From positions 19,646 through 83,645 of the IMG/VR virus record IMGVR_UViG_3300009703_002430: DNA of 64,000 nt. One strand, 5' to 3'. Source of the DNA: a virus. Under the pieces are notes generated by a model. The model was given only the letters and a program-made list of their open reading frames with translations, was not told the DNA's origin and did not search any database. The translations under genes and the position numbers were made by a program. Below, piece after piece: positions 8,327-19,611 of the stretch. Each line of letters opens with the position of its first letter. Positions within the stretch are counted from its first letter, which is position 1.

Positions 8327-11300
8327 TTAGGTTACGCTGAGATTGACAGTTGTGAACTGTTGATGCCCCGTGGCGTACTCTTCGTCCATATTTGTTAATA
8401 TAACGTGATTTGCATCACTGTGATAGTGTAAAAATACGTCGTAAGTATCGTCTACTGACGGCGTTTCCAAGGCAAAAGTATGCGAAAATCCTGTAGTTAT
8501 TTTACCTGCTTTTCCATCCTGCGTTTTTGGTGTAATCTGCGTTAATCCTGCTTTTTCTGCTGGCCCGCTATCAGCGGTAACTTTTAGTCCAACGGTGCCG
8601 TATGGGGCATAAATTACACATCCCTCACCAGCAGTTGTTTGTTTATTCTGAGTGTAAACGTCTGGTATTGCATTATTTCCAACTCTATCTAAAACCCATC
8701 TACCAGCAGCATTTGTTGATATTTTTACAGAGTTTGGATCTTCTTCTACAGGGTCTCCAGCCTCTTCTTCTTTTCCTTCCTCTCCGGGTGTTATGCCCTG
8801 AGAAAACGAACTTTGCGCCTTAGATTCTGTATCTCCAGTTATTTCTGTATCATTATCGCTACCTGCCGTACTTCCCTCTTCTGACCCTGATTGTGTAAAG
8901 TCTCCACCAACCTCATCCCACCAACCATAAGGTAAAAAGTCTGATGGCATGTAGTTTTCACCAAAGTCATATCCATAAACAGGAGTTCCCGTGTCCAACT
9001 TCTTGCTCCCATCCATTGTAGTGGTTCCTTTTTCCAAGGAGGCAACTATGGTACTTTGAACAGAATAGTTTAAGACGGCGCCTAATGGCCCCTGATTCTC
9101 ATCTGAGTTTACTTTTGTAACTGTTAGAACACAGCCACTACCTGTACCACCAACAAATTCAAGCTTATCGCCAACTGCGTAGCCCGTTCCAGAAGATCCT
9201 ATTAACATATATTGGGGTTTGAGGCCAAGAGCCCTATATGAATATCTATAAGGAAGTAGTTTCCCTCTACGAGTAGTATCAATTATCCAATCACTTTGGT
9301 TCCTAACAAATGGAGCCTGTTCTTTGCAAATGAATGTTCCTACTCCGATAGCCCGACCATAAGGTTCAACGTCAGCAACCGCACTCGCAGCATCGCTATT
9401 CCAAGAAACTCCACTACCCCAAGTTGGAATACGTATATCTACTGTAGTCTCCGGCTTATAGGTGTAGCGTAATAGGTTCCCGTCGTCATCTTTTTTAGCA
9501 ATGCCATAAGCATCGTCCTTCCACGGCCCAATATTGTGACCATTCGACAGCGCCCCAATCATTGACGCAAAATTAACATGTCTAGGGTTGAAGTGGAATA
9601 TTGCAAAACCTCTAGGCTCTACAAGAGTATCTTCTTCGGGCCATCCTTCAAACAGTCTAGCGTAGCAGACGGTTGTGTTGGGAGCGTAGATGGCATCGCC
9701 CTGCGTACCCCAAGTCGGACTTCCTTCAGGATTACTTATAGGAGATGGCACAAAAGGAGCTTGTCCCATACTATTTTCGGTATTGATAGTTAACTGGTAA
9801 TTTTTCATCCTGACCTTAGCTCTGGCCACAGTCACGCCAATACAAGTTGGCCCATACTGAGCATCCCACAATGGATTCGCTGGCGACTTAAAGTCTGGAG
9901 ATGTATGAGGTTGGTACTTTCCAAAAGGAAATCCAAATTTACAACTAGGCCCGAGACAGCTTGGCGGTCTGGTTGGATGATTGTTCCCAGCGTAATCTAC
10001 CATGCCTATATTTTCTCCCTGCCAATCCCAGACTCCACCTCTTAGTTGAGTGAACTGCCATCTCATCCTTGAGTTCATTGAAGCTTCAGGCTGTGACCAA
10101 GGCCTTCCAATCAGCGCTTTATCCCATGTGTCAGAACTGGGATCAAAAACATTGTTACCAAATGCCGTCATCTGAGCTCTTTGAAATACTTTTCTACTGA
10201 GCAAGTCATCTGTCTCGTAAGTTGGACTTATATACTTTGAGTTGAAATATGCTTCTAAGGCACTAACCGCTTGGGTGTCATACCCACCCGTATTAGGGTC
10301 AATGCCTTCAATTTCCGTGTTCTCCCCATCCGGGCCGGTGCCCGTGAAGAAAGTAACAATAGACCCCCAGATGCCTCCAAGAGTCCCAGTCGAACCGCCA
10401 TCGTCTCCCTGTCCGGGATTTGCACCGCCTACGCGACCTTGTGTTGGGATTGTGCTTGGATCCATCGGATCACCCCCCGTATCGTTAAGATAAAAATTCC
10501 CTCTCAAACCATGCATCGCTCTGGCTGATCGGTATATTTTGTCTTTATCTAAAAGCACTGGAGCAAACTTACCAAAGTATTGGTCATAACTTCTTATGAA
10601 TTCTGCTGAGAGTGGCACAAATGTTACAGAGTTTGCAGACCTCGGTTCTAAATTATATAGATCATTGAATATGTCTAGCTGCCCACTGTTATCAGGGTCT
10701 GTACCTTGAGCTGTCTTATCAAAGCACCACATCTTAGACCAGCTATAAGCAGTTCCTTTTTTCGCTCCAAAGCCTACATTGACTTTGCCCATATAAGCAT
10801 CTACACCAACTCTTAAACTTCCAAGCCCTCCGTAACTTCCACCTACGTCAGTATAATACTGCATAAGTTCCATATCATCTATAGGCTGACCTCTAAACCC
10901 TTTATCATCGGGGTCTCTGTATGGAGAAGCATTAGTTCCTATATCCGCAGGCAGCTGCAGCCAAACACTATCGTCACCATCGTGCCAACTTCCGGCGATA
11001 TGCTTGCTAGAACCGCCGACTATGCCCTTTGTTCCAGCTGCTTGAGCGGAAAACTCGTGCTGCAAGAAGAAGTTTTTCCTAGTGGATGATCCGCCGTAGC
11101 TCTGGTAAACGCCAACGTCTCCACTGAGCATAAGGTTGTCTATTTTGCCCACATTGAAACCCTGTCTAAACACAGGCCCAAAGAATGGGTATGTTGACAA
11201 TCCCGCCGCGTTTGCGCCCATAGCTCCACCTTCTAGACTGGCATATGGATTTGTTTGCGCTATTAGGTTAATGCCCTCTATGTCACTTGTGTTAACAGCC

Positions 11301-14083
11301 GGGTTTGCACCTAGCCAAGTTCCTCCACACTGTTGACACATATCCTGCGCACTGGTGAAGTGTTCAGTTGTGCCCAACCCCATACTACCAAGAACATGAA
11401 CTTCATAAATATCCTCCCACTGACTAAAGTCAACACACGTAACGTCTACGTTGTCAAGATCCAGCTGGTGATTACTCACTATTTCGCCATTCTGATGACA
11501 ATAATCTGAGCACGAAGAATTGTCCGCTGGTCTGGCTGGATTTATCGCAGGTACAGGATTTTCATAAAGTTTTGCAAACGCTCCTTTAGCTCCACCACTA
11601 ATATTACCCGCTGCAGCCCCAATCGTACTAACAACAATACAGCCCGCATCAAGACTACAAGAGCCTTCATCCGAATCTGTAGGGCCCGGATGAGGACTGG
11701 CCCCTCTTGCGCCGCCTTTCTGTATAGCCCCTATGCCCATACCCTCTTTTGAAATAAAGTCAAACGATGTAACTTGTATCGTTCTTCTACTAAGGCTTGC
11801 GTTTCCTTCCGACACTCCCGCTTTTGCGGGTTTGTTCATCTGATACTCTAACCACTTTTGATACGGAGTTTTGTTTGGCGATGAAGACAATAGTGCGTTG
11901 AGTTTTTTTGGCAGTGATTTAATATTGTCTATTATATCTTCAACTACGCCCCGATTGAAGTTTAGGCTATCACCGTCTCCTCCGCCAGTTCTTGCTTCCA
12001 TACCTTCTATAGCAAGCTTTCTTAAGAATGGAGCTAGCGGATTATCCTTCTCGCTCTCTAAAGATTTTATTTTTTCATCATTAAATTCAAAATCAGCTTC
12101 CGTCAAGTCGCCAGAAAGTTTTGATTCTCCTCCAGCATCTGTAATAGCTTTGTCTTGCTCAGCGCCTATTTCTCCAGCCACATCAGACCTAGATAATCCA
12201 ATTCCAAGCAATCCAGTTGATTGACTTGTTGTATTTGTGTTTACTGGAGTCCAGTACTTCCTTCTAAATGCACCCTCGTAAAAAGCAGGAGACATCAAAA
12301 AGTCAGCCGTTCTTGGGTTTGAGCCGTCATGATTTGCGATCTTTTGGATCATGTTTTTCTTTCTGAAATACCCAGCGGCATCTGCCACAAAAGTCCAGAA
12401 AGACCACCCCTGCACGCCATAGTCTGCAGTTGAGGTAGGAATCCCAAAGTCCTGAATAACCCACTCACCATCTATATAATGACAAAGGACTACTTCACCC
12501 TTTATAAATGATGTACCAGATCTATTAACGACAACGATCTTATCTTTTCTGTTATCGCCACAGTCTTTGTTTGCCCACACTGGCCCTAACTGATTAGGGT
12601 TTCCGTTATTTAGCGTGAGTGGTAGGGCTTCTCCATAAGTCCAATTACTAGTAAAGTAGTCGCTGTCGTAATCGAAGAAGTCTGCTTCAGAAGCAGCATC
12701 AACATCGTCTGGCAGCGGATTGATTTGTGCAGGAGCTAGGTTTGTCAGAAGTCTAGCCAATATAGTCCTTGTTCCAGCTTCTACCTTTCCTGTGTTTTTA
12801 TTGAACGTAACATCTAGATCTGAATGTACTAGGTTATCAGGATTTTCCATCCCGCCTTCTCTTATTGACCCAGCGCCGCCTAATCTTTGGTCAGTGGGTG
12901 CATACTTTCTTCCGTAGCTGGTTCTTGGTATAACAGCCATTTTGGGAGAGCCTTTAGATACTATCTCCCTTTCTGCGTTGGCAGGATTTCTTCCATCGTG
13001 CAATTGACAATGAAAAGAAACAAGTCTTTCAGTTACACATCCATTTCCAATATCAAAAGCTAGCACGCTTTTCCATTGCATATTGCCTTGCTTGCTGGTC
13101 TTTATCGCACATAAAAATGCTTCTGCCTCAGACATCTCATTGCCTTCTATAGTCCTTAACGGATTCCAAGATGTTGACAATGTACCAGCGGCATGGAAAT
13201 GATTTAAGGCCATTATTTTGAGAGCTGGTATGTCAGGTCTTCTAGAAATCTCTGGAATGTCTCTGTCTGGATCTCCGGGAACAATCACTTCAGGAATATT
13301 ATTAGTAACACCGTCTGGAGTTGTGATATTTATGCCGGGTTTTCCTTCAGCTTCTGTTTCTCTAGCTTTTTCCTTCTCTTCCTCATCCATGTCTGCAAGC
13401 TGTTCAGGTGTGAATTTCTCTTCCAAAGGACGTGGCCCATCTAGTAAGAACCAAGAGTTTGCAAAGTCTCCATGCTTATTGCCATAGTGTTGGCTAAGTG
13501 GTGTTTTTATATATTGCCTGCTTTTAAAAGTCCATACGTCAGAATTACAACCATTTATTGAGTCAGGAACACCTATAAAGTTTCTGTTCCTTATATATTC
13601 ATCGGCGGCATAGTTATATGTTTCACTGTCTGCTTCATTAGGAGGGGGATGGCCACCGCCCAGAGCTTTGAAAAATACAACACTAGGATCACTACTCCAA
13701 CCACTAGCTGCAGGCTGTGCAGCCGTCACAATATATTTATTGCTGCCCTGAGCACATGTCCCATCTTCGTTTGGGGTGGTTGTGGCAAATACCCCACCGT
13801 TTGCTACGCAGCTGGCTTCGGCATTGCTTGGGTCAAAACTAATCGTAGCCCCCGGAGTATCAGGGTCTGTACAGGTACAGCATCCAGTTGTTTCCCCTAC
13901 CGCCGGATCTGTCTCGTACTTAACCTTAAGCGTAGTCTGGTTTGTCTTTAGAAAAGACCAGAAATCTCCAGACGTAAAAGTAGACAGACCAATATATCTC
14001 ATAAATGGGTCGTCTGTCGTAATTACATTAAAGTCTTCATGAGTATGGTTAAATACCGCACCAAAATCTTTAAAGTCACTCAT
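8327..14083 (-). CDS. Large tail-tip/virion structural protein (1918 aa, unknown function)
   Basis: Downstream of the TMP; AAGGAGG SD; Cys clusters (CCTC, SCSDYC, MCQQCGG); GSSGTGYAVGD fibre-type motif. Confidence 0.8.
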   Translation of the reverse strand: MSDFKDFGAVFNHTHEDFNVITTDDPFMRYIGLSTFTSGDFWSFLKTNQTTLKVKYETDPAVGETTGCCTCTDPDTPGATISFDPSNAEASCVANGGVFATTTPNEDGTCAQGSNKYIVTAAQPAASGWSSDPSVVFFKALGGGHPPPNEADSETYNYAADEYIRNRNFIGVPDSINGCNSDVWTFKSRQYIKTPLSQHYGNKHGDFANSWFLLDGPRPLEEKFTPEQLADMDEEEKEKARETEAEGKPGINITTPDGVTNNIPEVIVPGDPDRDIPEISRRPDIPALKIMALNHFHAAGTLSTSWNPLRTIEGNEMSEAEAFLCAIKTSKQGNMQWKSVLAFDIGNGCVTERLVSFHCQLHDGRNPANAEREIVSKGSPKMAVIPRTSYGRKYAPTDQRLGGAGSIREGGMENPDNLVHSDLDVTFNKNTGKVEAGTRTILARLLTNLAPAQINPLPDDVDAASEADFFDYDSDYFTSNWTYGEALPLTLNNGNPNQLGPVWANKDCGDNRKDKIVVVNRSGTSFIKGEVVLCHYIDGEWVIQDFGIPTSTADYGVQGWSFWTFVADAAGYFRKKNMIQKIANHDGSNPRTADFLMSPAFYEGAFRRKYWTPVNTNTTSQSTGLLGIGLSRSDVAGEIGAEQDKAITDAGGESKLSGDLTEADFEFNDEKIKSLESEKDNPLAPFLRKLAIEGMEARTGGGDGDSLNFNRGVVEDIIDNIKSLPKKLNALLSSSPNKTPYQKWLEYQMNKPAKAGVSEGNASLSRRTIQVTSFDFISKEGMGIGAIQKGGARGASPHPGPTDSDEGSCSLDAGCIVVSTIGAAAGNISGGAKGAFAKLYENPVPAINPARPADNSSCSDYCHQNGEIVSNHQLDLDNVDVTCVDFSQWEDIYEVHVLGSMGLGTTEHFTSAQDMCQQCGGTWLGANPAVNTSDIEGINLIAQTNPYASLEGGAMGANAAGLSTYPFFGPVFRQGFNVGKIDNLMLSGDVGVYQSYGGSSTRKNFFLQHEFSAQAAGTKGIVGGSSKHIAGSWHDGDDSVWLQLPADIGTNASPYRDPDDKGFRGQPIDDMELMQYYTDVGGSYGGLGSLRVGVDAYMGKVNVGFGAKKGTAYSWSKMWCFDKTAQGTDPDNSGQLDIFNDLYNLEPRSANSVTFVPLSAEFIRSYDQYFGKFAPVLLDKDKIYRSARAMHGLRGNFYLNDTGGDPMDPSTIPTQGRVGGANPGQGDDGGSTGTLGGIWGSIVTFFTGTGPDGENTEIEGIDPNTGGYDTQAVSALEAYFNSKYISPTYETDDLLSRKVFQRAQMTAFGNNVFDPSSDTWDKALIGRPWSQPEASMNSRMRWQFTQLRGGVWDWQGENIGMVDYAGNNHPTRPPSCLGPSCKFGFPFGKYQPHTSPDFKSPANPLWDAQYGPTCIGVTVARAKVRMKNYQLTINTENSMGQAPFVPSPISNPEGSPTWGTQGDAIYAPNTTVCYARLFEGWPEEDTLVEPRGFAIFHFNPRHVNFASMIGALSNGHNIGPWKDDAYGIAKKDDDGNLLRYTYKPETTVDIRIPTWGSGVSWNSDAASAVADVEPYGRAIGVGTFICKEQAPFVRNQSDWIIDTTRRGKLLPYRYSYRALGLKPQYMLIGSSGTGYAVGDKLEFVGGTGSGCVLTVTKVNSDENQGPLGAVLNYSVQSTIVASLEKGTTTMDGSKKLDTGTPVYGYDFGENYMPSDFLPYGWWDEVGGDFTQSGSEEGSTAGSDNDTEITGDTESKAQSSFSQGITPGEEGKEEEAGDPVEEDPNSVKISTNAAGRWVLDRVGNNAIPDVYTQNKQTTAGEGCVIYAPYGTVGLKVTADSGPAEKAGLTQITPKTQDGKAGKITTGFSHTFALETPSVDDTYDVFLHYHSDANHVILTNMDEEYATGHQQFTTVNLSVT

Positions 14084-14100
14084 CCCTATCCTCCTTTATC

Positions 14101-17100
14101 CTAGAACACAGTTATAGCAGCTGAAGATCTGTAGTTATCAATACCAGCTGAAAGTGATGTTGATCCCGTTACAAAGTTGTTAACACCCGTATCCAATGGT
14201 ATGCTTGACTGTTCATTAGGATTATACACGCTACCGTCTCCAGCGCCGCCACGAGCACCTTCAGGCTGCTGAAATCCTGCAACAGCAGTATTTTTGGTAA
14301 CCTTGGAGGGATCACTTGGCTGACCACCACCAACGTTATCATATGCTTTTTGATAAAAATTAACCCTCACGCAGGTTTGGTTTAAATAAGGTTTGCCAGC
14401 CATACCTGCAGCTCTCGCAGCGTGGCTTACTGCAATCCTAGATTTAGCATTGTCCACCACCACGTTGTCCTGATGTAACCTTTGTTTCATCTCAGGGCTT
14501 ATGACTCTAGCCTGTGCTGCCAAAAAAGATCCCATATCTTGATTAGTTATACTCTGCTGAACATTTCCAAATGCGGTATCACCTGCAGTTGCTCCCGCCA
14601 ACCCCTCAGTTCTCCTTGGCTGCAAATCTTCGTAGCCTCTTCCCTGAACAACGTCTGGCATCCTAAGCGGGTCATTATAAGACACACTTGCAACCTCAAG
14701 GTTTTTAGACGGTTTCTTTTCAAAGTTATTTAGTAAAGCCTCGCTTACCCCAGCGAGATTTCCCAAGCTTGGATCTACACCAAACGCGCCTCTGCTTTGC
14801 CACTTTGCCAAACCTCTGCGCCTAAGCTCATTATTAAAGTCTCTTTGCTTTCTCTTTTCTCTGCTCTGTCTATCTAAAGCTTCTTTTCTTTGCTTTTGCA
14901 GTTTTCCAAACCTTGGGCTATATAAATCCATATTAAATGTTGTGTTTAATCCATTCAATCCAACGTCTATACTTATGCTTGTTATGAGTGGGCCGCCGCT
15001 GCCAAGCTGTTGAAATAACTGATCTCCTCTTGGAATATTCGGGAACGTCAGGCTTCCTTTTTCGGATTGAAGTAAAATACTATTTGAGAATTCTGCCTTG
15101 AGTGATCCAGCCTCATTCATTAGCTGATATCCACCATAGTTCCAAGGTGCTAGCTCTTCTTCTTTTACAAACTCAACCTTCCCACCTATTCCTCCATAGC
15201 GGAATGTAGAGAAGTTTCTATTCTTCCTAACAGATCTTTGACTAACGCCGCTCAAACTAGAGGATATCCAAGGCCCATAACACCTTTCGTTTGATCTTAA
15301 TGCCAGAGCAACCATGTTTGGATATACAGGAGAAGGCGAAGCTAGATGTATTTGTCTTTCTGGAGATCCATACTCAAGAGCTGACATAGCTGTTTGGAAC
15401 GCATTTCTAGCATTTGCTACCGTATCAACATTGTTAAGTATGCCTTCTGTTACACCAAAGCAACTTGGCCCAAACCTTCTAGGCTTACCTCTAAACGTAG
15501 GGATTTCAAATCCGGGCATACCTTTCACAGTATCCATAGTCAAGAAGTTTTTAATCATAGTCCCTTGGAACAACTGGAATGGCCCATCATTCATCCTTGA
15601 GTCTATCGTAGGAACTATTCTTCCCGGCAGAGTTATCTTAGCGTAAACATGCTCAGGATCTACACCGCTTACAAAAGTGGTGTCTATTAACTGACCGTCA
15701 AACACAGGGTCGTAAATCCTGTAGAAGTCTTGCTGCATGGCCATCCCGCCTGCAAATCCACCATTAGCAGGATTAGGAATAAAGTTTGCTTCGTACCATC
15801 CTTGCATAGGAACCCAAGTACAGGTGGTTTCGCCTGTTTCCTGATTGGTTCTAACAATATGTTTTGACTTTGGCTGATAGTATTGCCCAATGTCAACAAC
15901 ATCCTGACCAAATACAGCATCCATAAAGAACGGCAGACCAAGCAAATTCTCAGTATCTCTGCGACCTTTTTTAGTTGGAATACCAACAGTTCTTGGGGCG
16001 TGATAAAGTTTAGAATCAACCTCTACTTTGACAAACGCCGCTGCTTTCGGCAAAGATAATAACTTCTGCCTAGTGTTAAATGACTCAAATTCAGATTTTG
16101 ATCCAGCGGTGTTATCCAAAGCTCCAATCAAGTCTGGTATAATTTCACCGTATCTAGTAATAACTTGTTGAGTCATATCATCAGCGCCAACGCCTTCAAA
16201 ACTCAAAAACTGACTATTGTCAAATCTGACATATGAACTTATCTTCCCATTATCCTGTAAGAAATTAGTCGTGTCAAATGGAAACAGGTTGTACAAGGTT
16301 GCTTTGGGAAGCTTGTTCTCATCTGGTATTCTTTGTAAATCATGCTTTGAGAAACTATTGCTAAATATTTCAAAGTCAAAGAAACCACCCTCTGTATCTG
16401 GTTCATAGTTATATTCCCATTTGTCGTCAATCGGATTATAATTATTCTTCAGCGCGCCAAGTGTGTAGCCTCCAGCCTGTCCATTATATCTACCCATAGA
16501 GTTTGAGCGTGAGTTATCATAAGTAGTTCTGCGGAGACGTAGCTCTCTTTGGAAACCGGGTTTATAGTAATAATCGGGGTCTGGGTTTACTGGTCTAGGC
16601 CTGAAACCAAAAGGGCCATACTCTATCTCAGAGATTCTAGCGACATCACCATTCAGGGGGTTAGCACCAAATGGCATTTTTAAAGTTATCTTATTGTCAT
16701 ACCATAAGTTTGTTTCTTTTGGTAACTTTACCAAGAAATCTTTTCCAAGGTGTTTGTCTGCCACGCCTTTGACAAACTGGTAAACTTTTTGCGAGTTTTC
16801 CACGGCCCTGTCTGAGTAATCAGTAAGACTTCTCATTATACCAAAAACTCTTCTACTAGTTTCTTCTACAAACCCAATGGTTGCGCGGGCTCTGCGCTCA
16901 CTAAGGCTTCCAGAAATAGACGCTCTGGTAAGCGAGTCCTTCTGTTCAGACAACGCTTCCATTTCTTTTTTAATTTGAATAAGTCTTTCTTCTTGATTCT
17001 GTCGATCCAACTGATGCTGACGCACCTCTCCGTCAAGGTAGTCTAGATCGTTAATAATTTCAGCTTCGCTATAAGCCTCTTCTTTTTTATTGTACTCTTC

Positions 17101-19584
17101 ATTTATCTTATTTATATTGTCACGCAGAACTGTAACTTTGTCATTTAGAGAATCGGGGTCAGCTACTTCATTTCTAAGACGAGCTAGGTTTTGTATAATT
17201 TTGTTACCTTGAACGCTCATTCCTGCGATACCTGCTTCCGGTATCCCTATTTTTTCTGCTCTCTTAAAATATAGTGGGTATCCGTATGGAGGGTTGCAAG
17301 GACTAGCGGGCAATCCATCTGGCCCCATATAGTTTCTATCAGATCTCCAAACACTTCTAGGACAAGCTACGCCATAGTTATTAGATATGTTTGGGTTAAA
17401 CCCATCTGTGTTAGGTGTCTGAGACAGGAACGACTTGTCAAATGCATCTCCCGGCTCCATGCTTTGCATGTACATATCATTATAAAGTGTTAAGAACGTG
17501 CTCCATCTTTCATAAGATATTGAAGCTGCCCTTAATTCCATTTCAGTCGCTACGTAATAATTGCCCACACCAAAAGCATTAAGATCTCTGGCGTCAAGCA
17601 CAATCTGCTGAAAAGAACCAAAGCCTCTTGGTATTGTTACAGTGTTAGGGCCGAGCATACCATAAAAAGGAATGACCTGCTGATTAAGAGACGACTCAAG
17701 CGTCCACTGGTTTGCTATCTGGGCTGGCAGCGTATTTAATACGCCAATGTCTTGCTTTCTTGCGTTTAAGTGATCTCTGTCATACGTAGTGTCAAAGAAA
17801 TATAGATCTGAAGTTTGAGCTCCAACAACAAACTTATCGGTCACAACATCAGTCAATTCAGTCCCAGTGTTGCTATTTGAGACACCTATTCCAGATGCGG
17901 ACAGTTGACTGACGTAATCTTTTATAGCGCCATAGCTTGGTTTCTCAGATCTATCAATAGCTTCTAGTCGTATAATTCCAACAACCATGTCTTCAGGGCG
18001 ACCCGCGCTTGCCAAGTCTTCGTTCCTGTCGTAAAACCACTCACACGCATCGTGATCTATAACTGGCATTAGTCTAACATACAAATCGTGACTAAGTACA
18101 TCGCACAGTTCCATAGCTAGATCTAGCAATGACATTTCTTCAAAATCTATGAAGTAGTACTTAGGAATTAGATCTAATGGTATCCCGCTAAAATCGACTG
18201 CATACTTGAAGCCTCTAAAGTCGATATAACCACCGTAGCCAGCTTCTGCATATTCAGACAATGGGCCATGATTGATTGACCCAAACGTATTCAGCAAGGC
18301 TTCCAAACCCTGCTTGACTCTATACCAAGGAATACCCTTGTCTGTTCTTCTAGCCATTCCTTCGCCTGTAACAGGAAACTCAGTAGGAGCACTATCTAAC
18401 CCTAGATATGTGTAGCCAGCAGTTTTTCTGTACATATCATCGCCCTCGTAGAGGACTTCCCCAGCGTCTAAAACTCTACCAGTTGCATCTATTTCTCCAA
18501 GAGGAGGCGCAGCTCCAGTACCAACCTTTTTGATTAGCAAGCTTCTACTGTCGTAGTTGCTCACAAAGTAATTGAAAAGCTGATCGCTTGGGTCGTGTTC
18601 TAAGAATCCATATACATTGAATAAGTTTTTATTATTATATGTAGTACCCGCATAATTGTTTAGTATTATAGAACAACTATCTAGTATATTTCTAGGGTCT
18701 GTCACACTTACAGACCATACTGGGTTTCCTCCATCTCCTCTTTTTTCGTCAATGCCCTGTAATATTCCTCCAAATGGTACATGGTATCTACCCCTGTAAA
18801 TAGTGTCTGGGTTGAGCATGTCTTCATAGCTTATATATAGATCGCCACTAGGATGTTCTGGATTGCTTATATCGTAGGTTTCATACTTCGCGTTTTTTGA
18901 GCCAGCGTCTACAAGATACAATCCATCGCTTGTAGGATTTGGGCCGACATAGTAGACTCCATCTCCAAGAAGTTCCGCAGCTTTGTCTACAGGGCTCTTT
19001 ATATTCATACTAAGAATTGATTGATTGTTCGTGTCCAAGCTGTGGTGAGTCATTCTTTCAAAGTCGGTTATTTCCCTACTTGGCCCCGGATCATCGGCAC
19101 CCATGCTTTTGCCCATAGTGCCTTCCCTCTGCCATCTTTTAGCTCCTGAAGGATCATGGTATGCGTCGTCAAATACTTTTCGCCAAGCTTGTTCTACAGT
19201 GGCTCTAAATTTACCGAACTTAAAAAATACAGGCGCTCCTACCGATGGAGGTCTAAAATAATCATGCAGCCCGCTGTGGTATACATCGTCGCCCTCACCA
19301 AGCGGAGTCTCATCTGATGTATTATATTCGTCATTTACAAGCTCAACGCTAAGACTGGCACTACTTGTTCCAAATCCACCATTCATACTAAAACTGCGTA
19401 TTGATGCGCCCAAGAATGTTTGCTGAACAAACCCCTCGCTACCATACAACTGACCACCGCAAGAATAAGAAGCTGGTATAGCTCCACTTGCGTGCCACTG
19501 TTGTTTCATATTTTCTATACTGGTAGCCGTAGGGTAGTTTCCACTACTAGGCACTACTGATAAGTCTGGAAGAATATTAGACAT
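14101..19584 (-). CDS. Large tail-tip protein, possible hub/Tal-like (1827 aa) with central coiled coil
   Basis: Position after the TMP; beta-rich N- and C-termini (SIRSFSMNGG..SLSVELV; ITSISIDVGLNGLNTTFNM); heptad-rich NLARLRNE...EMEALSEQK segment. The hub call is inference. Confidence 0.65.
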   Translation of the reverse strand: MSNILPDLSVVPSSGNYPTATSIENMKQQWHASGAIPASYSCGGQLYGSEGFVQQTFLGASIRSFSMNGGFGTSSASLSVELVNDEYNTSDETPLGEGDDVYHSGLHDYFRPPSVGAPVFFKFGKFRATVEQAWRKVFDDAYHDPSGAKRWQREGTMGKSMGADDPGPSREITDFERMTHHSLDTNNQSILSMNIKSPVDKAAELLGDGVYYVGPNPTSDGLYLVDAGSKNAKYETYDISNPEHPSGDLYISYEDMLNPDTIYRGRYHVPFGGILQGIDEKRGDGGNPVWSVSVTDPRNILDSCSIILNNYAGTTYNNKNLFNVYGFLEHDPSDQLFNYFVSNYDSRSLLIKKVGTGAAPPLGEIDATGRVLDAGEVLYEGDDMYRKTAGYTYLGLDSAPTEFPVTGEGMARRTDKGIPWYRVKQGLEALLNTFGSINHGPLSEYAEAGYGGYIDFRGFKYAVDFSGIPLDLIPKYYFIDFEEMSLLDLAMELCDVLSHDLYVRLMPVIDHDACEWFYDRNEDLASAGRPEDMVVGIIRLEAIDRSEKPSYGAIKDYVSQLSASGIGVSNSNTGTELTDVVTDKFVVGAQTSDLYFFDTTYDRDHLNARKQDIGVLNTLPAQIANQWTLESSLNQQVIPFYGMLGPNTVTIPRGFGSFQQIVLDARDLNAFGVGNYYVATEMELRAASISYERWSTFLTLYNDMYMQSMEPGDAFDKSFLSQTPNTDGFNPNISNNYGVACPRSVWRSDRNYMGPDGLPASPCNPPYGYPLYFKRAEKIGIPEAGIAGMSVQGNKIIQNLARLRNEVADPDSLNDKVTVLRDNINKINEEYNKKEEAYSEAEIINDLDYLDGEVRQHQLDRQNQEERLIQIKKEMEALSEQKDSLTRASISGSLSERRARATIGFVEETSRRVFGIMRSLTDYSDRAVENSQKVYQFVKGVADKHLGKDFLVKLPKETNLWYDNKITLKMPFGANPLNGDVARISEIEYGPFGFRPRPVNPDPDYYYKPGFQRELRLRRTTYDNSRSNSMGRYNGQAGGYTLGALKNNYNPIDDKWEYNYEPDTEGGFFDFEIFSNSFSKHDLQRIPDENKLPKATLYNLFPFDTTNFLQDNGKISSYVRFDNSQFLSFEGVGADDMTQQVITRYGEIIPDLIGALDNTAGSKSEFESFNTRQKLLSLPKAAAFVKVEVDSKLYHAPRTVGIPTKKGRRDTENLLGLPFFMDAVFGQDVVDIGQYYQPKSKHIVRTNQETGETTCTWVPMQGWYEANFIPNPANGGFAGGMAMQQDFYRIYDPVFDGQLIDTTFVSGVDPEHVYAKITLPGRIVPTIDSRMNDGPFQLFQGTMIKNFLTMDTVKGMPGFEIPTFRGKPRRFGPSCFGVTEGILNNVDTVANARNAFQTAMSALEYGSPERQIHLASPSPVYPNMVALALRSNERCYGPWISSSLSGVSQRSVRKNRNFSTFRYGGIGGKVEFVKEEELAPWNYGGYQLMNEAGSLKAEFSNSILLQSEKGSLTFPNIPRGDQLFQQLGSGGPLITSISIDVGLNGLNTTFNMDLYSPRFGKLQKQRKEALDRQSREKRKQRDFNNELRRRGLAKWQSRGAFGVDPSLGNLAGVSEALLNNFEKKPSKNLEVASVSYNDPLRMPDVVQGRGYEDLQPRRTEGLAGATAGDTAFGNVQQSITNQDMGSFLAAQARVISPEMKQRLHQDNVVVDNAKSRIAVSHAARAAGMAGKPYLNQTCVRVNFYQKAYDNVGGGQPSDPSKVTKNTAVAGFQQPEGARGGAGDGSVYNPNEQSSIPLDTGVNNFVTGSTSLSAGIDNYRSSAAITVF

Positions 19585-19600
19585 TTGTTGATACTCCCAT
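19577..19600 (-). other. Candidate 7-aa micro-ORF (MGVSTNV) overlapping the 1827-aa start
   Basis: GGGAG + 7 nt + ATG 19600; stop TAA ends 8 nt into the downstream gene. Confidence 0.3.
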
Positions 19601-19611
19601 TAATTTTCTCC

